Made by a program: the position numbers and the translations under genes
Notes under the pieces: generated by a model
Told to the model about the DNA's origin: nothing
What the model saw: the letters and a program-made list of their open reading frames with translations, nothing else
Databases searched by the model: none
In this document: piece by piece, positions 23,843-31,785 of the stretch
Layout: the number at the start of each line of letters is the position of its first letter
How positions within the stretch are numbered: position 1 is the stretch's first letter
DNA from: Okeania sp.
Lineage (GTDB): Bacteria > Cyanobacteriota > Cyanobacteriia > Cyanobacteriales > Microcoleaceae
DNA: 32,000 nucleotides
Direction: 5' to 3'
Assembly (NCBI RefSeq): GCF_035285525.1
Contig: NZ_JAYKGW010000162.1
Location: 1-32,000, forward strand

Positions 23843-25657
23843 ATGAAAATAATTAATTTTATCATCGGACTTTTTCTAGGAATCCTAATAATTTCAATTC
23901 CTTTTAATCAATTTCAATCTTCTACTCTTGAACCTTTACAAACTTTAGCAGTTCAATTCGATGGTAGAAAAAAACCACTAGACACAGTAGCTAGAGAAAC
24001 TGTTGCTCAAATTCACGGTAAACTTAATTATCAAACTACTAATAAAGAAGATTTAGATTATCTCCAAATTTATCTTTCTCTCTGGTTTAATAATCGTGAT
24101 TGGAACGAAGAACCTTTTATTCTATTTAGTTATCGTCCTCTGAAAGAAAAAGTCGGACTTAACCCCGAACAAAAATACTTCTCTTTTGTGGAATTAATGG
24201 AATCAAAATTAGGTTCTTTTGTTCTTGCAACTAGAGAAAAACAAAATAATGAACAAGACTTAAATAGAGACGAACGAGAAGCATTAGCTCTAGAAGAAAG
24301 ATTAGCTTTGATGATAGATACAGTCGGACAAAATACTCTACCTTTAATTCCTCATCCCACAGATATTAAAGGAACTTGGGTAAGTATTAATCGAGGTTCT
24401 GAATATTATCAACCTAATCAAATTGAACCATTATTAACAACTTACACCAATCTCAAACAAACCTATAAAATTCATCCTGAACAATTATCAATTTTGGGAG
24501 AAATTTCCCAAAAACTACAAACTCAACTCCGTAATTTAAGTAACAATATTTATCCCACATCTGCAACCTTAAAACAAGAAGTTAATTTTTATAAATTACA
24601 TCCATTTAGAAAAGCATGGATATTGTACACATTCGCCTTTTCCTTGATGTTAATAATTCTCCTATTTCCAAGTTTTACAGAAGTTACTCAGAAACCCGGT
24701 TTATCAATCAAATCTCCTGATTTAAAAAATAATCACGACAATAAACCCGGTTTCTTAATTGGTTTACGTTTTAACCTTTATTGGCTGATAATAGGAACCT
24801 TTATTTCCGGTTTATTAATTCAAACTTATGGCTTTTGGGAAAGAATGCAAATTGCCGGCAGACCTCCAGTTACCAATATGTATGAATCAGTAATTTGGGT
24901 AGGATTTGGCATCGCAGCGATCGCTCTTTTATTTGAACTAATTTATCGAGCCAAATATTATCTCCTAGCTGCTGCTCCATTATCAATTTTTTGCCTTCTT
25001 TTAGCAGATAATTTACCAGCAGTTCTCGACCCCAGTATTAAACCATTAGTTCCAGTTTTACGAGACAATTTCTGGTTAAGTATTCACGTTCCTACTATTA
25101 CTTTAAGTTATGCCAGTTTTGCTCTGGCATTTGGATTAGGGCATATACTTTTAGGCAATTATCTATTTACTCCCCAATCAAAACCAAGAATTAAAAGTTT
25201 GGCAAAATGGAATTATGGAGTCTTACAAACAGGAGTATTATTATTAGCAACTGGCATAATTTTAGGTGGTATTTGGGCACACTTTTCCTGGGGTCGTTTC
25301 TGGGGTTGGGACCCGAAAGAAACCTGGGCATTAATTGCTTTAATGTGTTATATTATTCCTCTGCATGGAAGATTAATTGGTTGGCTCAAAGATTTTGGTT
25401 TAACTGTTACCAGTGTCTTGAGTTTTAATGCAGTTTTAATGGCTTGGTATGGGGTAAACTTTGTTCTCGGAACAGGATTACATAGTTACGGTTTTAGTAC
25501 CGGAGGTTCAGAACTTATTGTTGGCAGTTTTGTCGCTTTTGATTTACTATTATTGTTAATAGTTTTCCTTCGCCATCGAAGTTCGTTGAGTGCTGAACAG
25601 ACTTTACCTCCAGAAGAAAAAACCACTACTTTTGTAGAAACATCAAACCAAATTTAA
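23843..25657 (+). CDS. ccsA: long-form CcsA/ResC cytochrome c biogenesis protein (System II haem-handling subunit)
   Basis: 604-aa ORF with the Trp-rich WWD motif GGIWAHFSWGRFWGWDPKETWAL and conserved His residues in flanking TM helices. About 250 aa of extra N-terminal soluble domain includes FDGRKKPLDTVARE. Confidence 0.85.
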   Translation: MKIINFIIGLFLGILIISIPFNQFQSSTLEPLQTLAVQFDGRKKPLDTVARETVAQIHGKLNYQTTNKEDLDYLQIYLSLWFNNRDWNEEPFILFSYRPLKEKVGLNPEQKYFSFVELMESKLGSFVLATREKQNNEQDLNRDEREALALEERLALMIDTVGQNTLPLIPHPTDIKGTWVSINRGSEYYQPNQIEPLLTTYTNLKQTYKIHPEQLSILGEISQKLQTQLRNLSNNIYPTSATLKQEVNFYKLHPFRKAWILYTFAFSLMLIILLFPSFTEVTQKPGLSIKSPDLKNNHDNKPGFLIGLRFNLYWLIIGTFISGLLIQTYGFWERMQIAGRPPVTNMYESVIWVGFGIAAIALLFELIYRAKYYLLAAAPLSIFCLLLADNLPAVLDPSIKPLVPVLRDNFWLSIHVPTITLSYASFALAFGLGHILLGNYLFTPQSKPRIKSLAKWNYGVLQTGVLLLATGIILGGIWAHFSWGRFWGWDPKETWALIALMCYIIPLHGRLIGWLKDFGLTVTSVLSFNAVLMAWYGVNFVLGTGLHSYGFSTGGSELIVGSFVAFDLLLLLIVFLRHRSSLSAEQTLPPEEKTTTFVETSNQI

Positions 25658-25715
25658 TACCATTTATCAAAAACTTTTCTACATTTTCTTGTTTAAGTAG
25701 AAAATAGAGGAGTAG

Positions 25716-25743
25716 GTAGGGACGTTGCATGCAACGTCCCTAC
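25716..25743. repeat. perfect 28-nt palindrome GTAGGGACGTTGCATGCAACGTCCCTAC (dispersed family)
   Basis: Degenerate copies at 11285-11313 and 15978-16006. No U-tract follows, so it is not called a terminator. Confidence 0.85.
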
Positions 25744-25811
25744 GGGGAAATAGATATCAGAGTAGAATGTGGTTCTCTAGCTCAAAATATTGATTCAGAA
25801 CTTTATGAGGT

Positions 25812-25894
25812 ACTGATAACTAATAACTAATAACTGATAACTGATAGCTGATAGCTGATAACTGATAACTAATAACTAATAACTGATAACTGAA
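25812..25894 (+). repeat. 83-nt heptameric STRR (CTGATAA / CTAATAA / CTGATAG)n running up to the ATG
   Basis: About 12 heptamers, ending ATAACTGATAACTGAA immediately before ATG 25895. Confidence 0.95.
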
Positions 25895-26353
25895 ATGGAA
25901 CGTCGTACTTTTTTAAATTGGGTAGGAGTCGGAATGTTAAGCAGTTTTATTCCTGTGGCAATAGCTGCTTGTCAATCCACTCAAACTAATAATTCTCCAG
26001 CAAATAAAACAGCAACAAAAATTGATACTTCTATTCGAGAAGATGGATTTCAAGCATTAGGAACTGTAGAACAATTAGAAACTGAAGGGGAAATTATTGA
26101 TAGAAGAAATGCCGCAAAACCAGTGATAATTTTTCGTAACCCAGATACTAATGATTTAGTAGCAATTAATCCTATGTGTACTCATCAAGGTTGTACTGTA
26201 AAATTGGATTTAGAAGGAAAACAATTAGCTTGTCCTTGTCATGGTTCTAAATTTGCCTTTGATGGTAAAGTTATGAATCCTCCTGCTACGGAAAATTTAG
26301 ATATTTTTGCTGTTAAACAAGAAGATAATTTACTGTTAGTAAAAGTGAATTAA
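25895..26353 (+). CDS. small Rieske [2Fe-2S] protein with a Tat signal and lipobox (PetC3-like)
   Basis: 152-aa ORF with the twin-arginine motif ERRTFLNWVG, lipobox AIAA-C, and cluster ligands CTHQGC and CPCHGS. Confidence 0.8.
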   Translation: MERRTFLNWVGVGMLSSFIPVAIAACQSTQTNNSPANKTATKIDTSIREDGFQALGTVEQLETEGEIIDRRNAAKPVIIFRNPDTNDLVAINPMCTHQGCTVKLDLEGKQLACPCHGSKFAFDGKVMNPPATENLDIFAVKQEDNLLLVKVN

Positions 26354-26553
26354 ATTAATTAATAATTATAACAGTAGTCGTAGGTTGGGTTTCGTGCCTC
26401 AACCCAACATTAGTAACATAGAATCAGGATAATCATTCTCAAGTCATTGCGACTCGAACGGAGTGGAAAGAAGCAATCTCGCAAAACCCCTGAGATTGCT
26501 TTCTATCCTGGGAATCACTACTGTTCAAGAAGATTCTATATAAAGAAGGTTTT

Positions 26554-26590
26554 GTTGGGTTTCGTCCCTCAACCCAACCTACATCTACAT
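26554..26590. repeat. dispersed hairpin repeat, GTTGGGTTTCGTCCCTCAACCCAACCTAC family
   Basis: Same family as 153-185. A further copy lies at 26380-26410 in the opposite arrangement. Confidence 0.85.
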
Positions 26591-26630
26591 CCTATCCCCC
26601 CCTTCCGAAGGGGGGTTAGGGGGGATACTA

Positions 26631-29600
26631 CTAAACAATATTAATATTCAAATTATACCTACTCCTACCGCCTCCCACTGGGAAAACCTCCAAATAATAA
26701 ACACCAGGTTCCAAGACATTCTCAATAAACTCTAAACCCAAACCATCCACATTTGACTGACTAATTAGACTTTCCACTTCATCATACAACTTAATCCCCA
26801 AATCTTGCACAAAACCATCCACAAAAATACTCACGAAACCTTCCTCCTCCACCTCAAAACGGAAATAATCTTCCGTATCTCGATCTACACCTCCAATGGT
26901 AAACCCAATCTCATCCCGAACCGAGATTTGCTTTGATGTCAAAACACCTAAGTCAATAACATCTGGGAAAGGTTCCGGTTTCGGTTCATCATTATCCCGA
27001 ATAATACCAACTGCCTTCCCATCTACCAACTTAGCATTTTTCGCACGACTGAGTTTTACCTCAAACTGCTCATTGTTCTCATCGCGAGTATCCCCCAACA
27101 CCGGAACACTCACCACCTTTTTCTTTTGCCCTGGCTTAAACTTCACCACCCCACTTACTTTCTCATAATCTTGCCCAGACTTAGCACTACCATCCACCGT
27201 TACATAATTTACCTCCACTATTTCCTGAGTCGCTTCACTCAACTTCACCTCAAACTTCATATTTTTCTTACCGCTGTTTCCTTCCGTAACTTTAGCATCG
27301 CCGATAATAACTTCCGGAATAATAACTGTTTCATCATTATCCCGAATAGTACCGACTGCTTTTTTGTCAGACAACTTAGCATTTTTAGCACGACTGAGTT
27401 TTACCTCAAACTTTTCATTATTTTCATCTTTGTTATCTCCCAACACGGAAATGCTCACTTTCTTTTCCTTTTCCCCTGGTTTGAAAGTCAGTACCCCATT
27501 TTTCTTTTGATAATCTTGCCCAGATTTAGCACTGCCGTCAACAGTGGTATAATTTACTTTTACTGTTTTATCGCTGGGGTTATTTAATTTTACTTCAAAC
27601 TCCATCTTTTTCTTACCTCTGTTTCCTTCTGTAACAGTGGCGTCGCTGATGGATATTTTCGGAGGTGCATCGTTATCGACGATAGTACCGATGGCTTGCT
27701 TATCCTGAAGTTCCGCATTTTGGGGGCGACTGAGGGCGAGTTTAAATGTTTCGTTATTTTCGTCGCGCTTATCTCCCAGGATGGTGACTGGGATGGTTTG
27801 TTGGGTTTCTCCTGGTTGGAAGGTGAGAGTGCCTTTGGTTAGTTTGTAGTCTTGGTTGACTTTGGCGGTTTCGTTGATAGTCGTGTATTCGACTGTGATT
27901 ATTTGGTTACTGGGGTTGTCTAGGGTGACTGGGAAGTTGGCGGTTTTGTTGGTGTTGCCTTCGGTGATGTTAGTGTCGGAGATGGTGATTTTTGGGGTAA
28001 CGGTTATGGGGGTTGTGTTGATGAGGACGGATACATCGTCTGATCCTCCATTTGCCACAGCTAAATCTGGAAGACCGTCTTCATTAAAATCTTGTACTGC
28101 TACTGATCTAGGGAAGCCTCCCACATCAAAGTTAGTAGCTGCACCAAAACTACCGTCACCTTTTCCTTGTAATACCGATACGTTGTCATCCCCGGAGTTC
28201 GCTGCAACCAGATCGGGAATGCCATCTCTATTCAAATCTTCTACTGCTAATGAAAAAGGTCTGTCTCCTCCCACATCGAAATTAGTAGCTGGGCGAAAAC
28301 CACCATCACCTTTTCCTAATAAAACTGATACGCTGTCATCTAAACCACCGTCTGGCCATGAACCAATATTTCCTGCAACCAAATCAGGAATGCCATCTCT
28401 ATTAAAATCTCCTTGTGCTATTGAATAAGGCTTCTCTCCCACGCTAAAATAAGTAGCTGTACCAAAACTACCATCACCTTTTCCTAATAATACTGATACG
28501 TTGTCTGAATATCGGTTAACCACAGCCAAATCGGTAAAGCCATCTCCATTAAAATCTTCTAGTGCTACTTCTTCAGGAAAGTCTCCCACCCTAAAATAAG
28601 TAGCTGTACCAAAACTACCATCACCTGTTCCTAATAAAACCGATACCCTATCTGAAGTACTGTTCACCATAGCTAGATCGGTAGAGTCATCTCCATTAAA
28701 ATCTCCTCCTGCTGAAGAACTTGGATCGAATTGCACGTTAAAATTATTAGTACTTAAAACAAAACTACCATCACCTTTTCCGAATAACAGTGATACCTTG
28801 TTACCCCCTACCACAGCCAAATCGGTCAAGCCATCTCCGTTAAAATTTCCTTCTATTACTGCCCAAGGACCATCTCCTGCTCCCACACCAAAATTAGTAG
28901 CTGAAGCAAAATTACCATCACCCGTTCCTAATAACACTGATACATTGTCATCCCTAAGGTTCGCCACAGCCAAGTCAACAAGCCCATCTCTATTAAAATC
29001 TCCTTCTGTTACTGACTCAGGCAAGTCTCCCACCTCAAACCTACCAACCTCCTCAAAATCAACCCCCTGACTCGCCTCCACCCGAATCACATCACCCCCA
29101 AACACATCATTCCAACCCCTAGTCTCTACCTCATAATCCCCCTGAAACACATTACGCCAATAGGAAAACTCCACTGCATCCCCCTCATACCAAGACGGCA
29201 ACACCTCTACCTCAACCACCTCAACCACCTCAACCACATCCACAACCTCTACCCAATCATCCTCATCCAAAAACTCCAACACCTCCGGTTCACTCAACTC
29301 CTCACCCTTCACCAACCGACTAAACAACGCACCCTCATCCCCTGGGGAATCCTCCTCATGCAACAAGCCATCCAAAAAATGCCCAGTCTCCTCCAACAAC
29401 ACATCCTGCAACAACCCATTATCAACACCGAAACTTCCATCCAACAAAGAATCCGCCAAATAAACCGTACCCGTCAAAGCATCATAAGCACCAACCGCCG
29501 GATACATATTAGCAGTAGGCAAAACCCGAATCCCCGGTAAACTTTCCCCAGTCAAAATATTAATAATATCTTCTTTCCCCGCTGCCACATCCACCTCTTG

Positions 29601-29807
29601 ACCAAAAGCGGTCTGCATATCCGTAGCGAAATCCAGCTCCAAAAGAAAATCTGCCAATTCATCCCGGACTGTACCCCAAGCATCGTGGATAAGGGGTTCA
29701 ATAGTGTCCGGTTCCAGGGATGCACCCATGAAATACTCAATTTCTGGGAGAAGCTCGTCCGTTTCTACCGGGAAACTTATTTGGTTGTCCGGTAGAAGGT
29801 TGTCCAT
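26631..29807 (-). CDS. large FG-GAP/VCBS beta-propeller + 3x Calx-beta + C-terminal PPC-domain protein
   Basis: 1058-aa ORF. Seven DFNxDGxxDLAV..N....VSVLLGxGDGSF repeats occupy about aa 270-605. Three ~105-aa Calx-beta-like units (ISISD.TVTEGN....F.V.L......V.V.Y.T.DG.A..G.DY....G...F.PG...K...) follow. The C-terminus is pre-peptidase-like (DYFRFEV..PGVYYLEV). The acidic N-terminus has no obvious signal peptide. Confidence 0.85.
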   Translation of the reverse strand: MDNLLPDNQISFPVETDELLPEIEYFMGASLEPDTIEPLIHDAWGTVRDELADFLLELDFATDMQTAFGQEVDVAAGKEDIINILTGESLPGIRVLPTANMYPAVGAYDALTGTVYLADSLLDGSFGVDNGLLQDVLLEETGHFLDGLLHEEDSPGDEGALFSRLVKGEELSEPEVLEFLDEDDWVEVVDVVEVVEVVEVEVLPSWYEGDAVEFSYWRNVFQGDYEVETRGWNDVFGGDVIRVEASQGVDFEEVGRFEVGDLPESVTEGDFNRDGLVDLAVANLRDDNVSVLLGTGDGNFASATNFGVGAGDGPWAVIEGNFNGDGLTDLAVVGGNKVSLLFGKGDGSFVLSTNNFNVQFDPSSSAGGDFNGDDSTDLAMVNSTSDRVSVLLGTGDGSFGTATYFRVGDFPEEVALEDFNGDGFTDLAVVNRYSDNVSVLLGKGDGSFGTATYFSVGEKPYSIAQGDFNRDGIPDLVAGNIGSWPDGGLDDSVSVLLGKGDGGFRPATNFDVGGDRPFSLAVEDLNRDGIPDLVAANSGDDNVSVLQGKGDGSFGAATNFDVGGFPRSVAVQDFNEDGLPDLAVANGGSDDVSVLINTTPITVTPKITISDTNITEGNTNKTANFPVTLDNPSNQIITVEYTTINETAKVNQDYKLTKGTLTFQPGETQQTIPVTILGDKRDENNETFKLALSRPQNAELQDKQAIGTIVDNDAPPKISISDATVTEGNRGKKKMEFEVKLNNPSDKTVKVNYTTVDGSAKSGQDYQKKNGVLTFKPGEKEKKVSISVLGDNKDENNEKFEVKLSRAKNAKLSDKKAVGTIRDNDETVIIPEVIIGDAKVTEGNSGKKNMKFEVKLSEATQEIVEVNYVTVDGSAKSGQDYEKVSGVVKFKPGQKKKVVSVPVLGDTRDENNEQFEVKLSRAKNAKLVDGKAVGIIRDNDEPKPEPFPDVIDLGVLTSKQISVRDEIGFTIGGVDRDTEDYFRFEVEEEGFVSIFVDGFVQDLGIKLYDEVESLISQSNVDGLGLEFIENVLEPGVYYLEVFPVGGGRSRYNLNINIV

Positions 29808-29917
29808 TTTTCGCCCTTAGGGTAAAAAAATTAATTCATAAAAATATTAGCAATTATATTTAGAGTTGTCAAGAGGGTTTTAGATAATTAAAAATTATCA
29901 ATTATTAATTAAATATT

Positions 29918-30152
29918 GTAGGGGCGGGTTTCCCTAGAGATTTAGGAAAAGTTCATAAACTGAACAAAACCCGCCCCCACATCTAGGGTTTTTCATCAAT
30001 CCGCCCCCACATCTAGGGTTTTTCATCAACCCGCCCCCCACATCTAGGGTTTTTCATCAATCCGCCCGCCAGATTTTGAGGTTTGACACAAGAGGGCGGG
30101 TTTAGTTAAATTTGGGCTGAAGCCAAGAAATGTCTAATGAAACCCGCCCCTA
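29918..30152. repeat. cluster of GGGGCGGGTTT/AAACCCGCCCC hairpin elements enclosing a 30-bp tandem repeat (3.3 copies, 29968-30070)
   Basis: The unit CCCGCCCCCACATCTAGGGTTTTTCATCAA is repeated. Hairpin elements are at 29918-29978 and 30093-30152. Confidence 0.85.
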
Positions 30153-30701
30153 CGATAAATTAATTATCAATTATTCATTGCTTAGAGCCAGAGAGAATCT
30201 AGAAACCCGGTTTCTTCAAAAAACCGGGTTTCTACCTCCCGCGTAAGTCATAAATGTCATTCTAGCGATCGCCTTTTTAGTTATCAGTTATTAGCGTCAA
30301 CTTTTTATCATACCATTTATGTTTGGTTTAGAAATGAGGTTTAACACCCCTTATTTCCCGAAAGGGTTACTGGCCATTTACCCCTTCATTTTTCGTAATC
30401 ATTATCTTTAAGAAATATGGAGAATATAATTGGGTTTTACTGAAATAAATTACAGTATAGGAATATACAGAAAGAACAGCATAGATGTAGGTTGGGTTTT
30501 GTTCCTAAACCAAACAAAAATTTTACTCTCCTACAAAAAGTAGCGATCGCCTAACTTCTGAGTTGCTCAAGGCGGTACGTTAGATTTCATTTTATTGTTG
30601 GGTTACTCTTGCGGAGAAGCAAGCTACGTTCCCTCAACCCAATCTACGTTTACGGATCAATTAATTATTAATTATCCATTATCCATTATTAATTATCCAA
30701 A

Positions 30702-31622
30702 ATGACTTTATTTACTCGCGAAGAAGTTATTGCCGAATTAAAAGATAGTAAATCTTTTCATCAAGCGGAATTAAGTGTTATTAATTTAGAAGCACTTAAT
30801 TTAGATAAAGCCGATTTTTCGGAAGCTTATTTAAGACGGGCAAATTTCTCAAATACTTCCTGTCAAGGCACAGATTTTTCCGGAGCATTTTTGATTTTTG
30901 CTAATTTATCTAATGCTAATTTATCTCAATCTAAATTGTGCATGGCAGAACTAAATGCTGCTGATTTAGACAGTCTAAATATCCAAGAATCTGATGCTAC
31001 AAAAGTCAATCTTTTTGGGGCAAAATTGAATAAATTAGAAGGTTCATCAGCGGTCTTAAAAAAAGCGGATTTAAGAGCAGCAACTGGCACATTTATGAAC
31101 TTAAATAGTGCTAATTTATCAGCAGCAATGTTAGATGGAATTGATTTTTCAGAAGTTGATTTAAACAATGCTAATTTATCTAAAGCCAGTGGATATGCTG
31201 CTAAATTGAGGAAAATAGCAGGGAAAAGAATTGAATTAGAAAAAGCAAATTTTAGAGGTGCTTGTTTTATAGATGCGGATTTAAGTGGAGCAAATTTATT
31301 AGCTGCTGATTTTACAGGTTGCCATTTAATTTCTACAAATTTGCAGGGAGCAGAATTATTAGAAGTTACTTTAAAACAAGCAAAATTAGAAAATGTAGAC
31401 TTGACAAATGCTAGTTTATTTGCTGCTAATTTAGAGGGTGCAAGTTTATCTCAAGTAAATTTAACTAACTCTAATTTACAGGATGCTAATTTAGAAAATA
31501 CAATTTGGGAGGAGGTAAATTTTGATAATTGTAATGTTATGGGTGCAGTTTTTACTAATGCTCGTGGATTAACAAAAGAACAAACAAAATGGTTGCACAA
31601 AAATGGCGCTTTAAATGTTTAG
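30702..31622 (+). CDS. pentapeptide-repeat protein
   Basis: 306-aa ORF with continuous A(D/N)LxX pentads (ADFSEAYLRRANFSNTSCQGTDFSGAFLIFANLSNANLSQ...). Confidence 0.9.
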   Translation: MTLFTREEVIAELKDSKSFHQAELSVINLEALNLDKADFSEAYLRRANFSNTSCQGTDFSGAFLIFANLSNANLSQSKLCMAELNAADLDSLNIQESDATKVNLFGAKLNKLEGSSAVLKKADLRAATGTFMNLNSANLSAAMLDGIDFSEVDLNNANLSKASGYAAKLRKIAGKRIELEKANFRGACFIDADLSGANLLAADFTGCHLISTNLQGAELLEVTLKQAKLENVDLTNASLFAANLEGASLSQVNLTNSNLQDANLENTIWEEVNFDNCNVMGAVFTNARGLTKEQTKWLHKNGALNV

Positions 31623-31750
31623 GAAATAGGTAACACAACCTTCCAGGTTGTTACAGCCTGGAAGGCTGTGTGACAAAGATTATTGCAGTGCGGGTATCTT
31701 GTCTGCGATGAGTCTACCTAATAATATAGGCAGTAATAGTAGTGGAATAA

Positions 31751-31785
31751 ATGTAGGTTGGGTTGAGGAACGAAACCCAACAAAA
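31751..31785. repeat. dispersed hairpin repeat, inverted orientation (GTAGGTTGGGTTGAGGAACGAAACCCAAC)
   Basis: Reverse complement of the 153-185 family. More fragments lie at 31836-31850 and 31977-32000. Confidence 0.8.

Noticed and set aside
25716-25743. The 28-nt perfect palindrome after ccsA as an intrinsic terminator.
   Set aside because: It is followed by GGGGAAATAG, not a U-tract, and belongs to a dispersed palindromic repeat family (11285-11313, 15978-16006).
26447-26644. 65-aa ORF between the Rieske and exoprotein genes.
   Set aside because: It is composed of dispersed repeat elements. The LLGFVPQPNL peptide is the translated GTTGGGTTTCG..CAACCCAAC repeat.
29330-29420. Zinc-metalloprotease HExxH motif in the exoprotein N-terminus (LLEETGHFLD).
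   Set aside because: The first His is missing (EETGH), so it is not a canonical zincin site. It is kept only as a remembered conserved motif of unknown function.
26896-29795. Seven + strand ORFs (26896, 27126, 27856, 28798, 29358, 29598 and the - strand frame 29552-29740) overlapping the 1058-aa gene.
   Set aside because: These are shadow frames of a long repetitive gene. They have low-complexity Ser/Pro/Thr-rich or Ile/Phe-rich translations and no independent signals.
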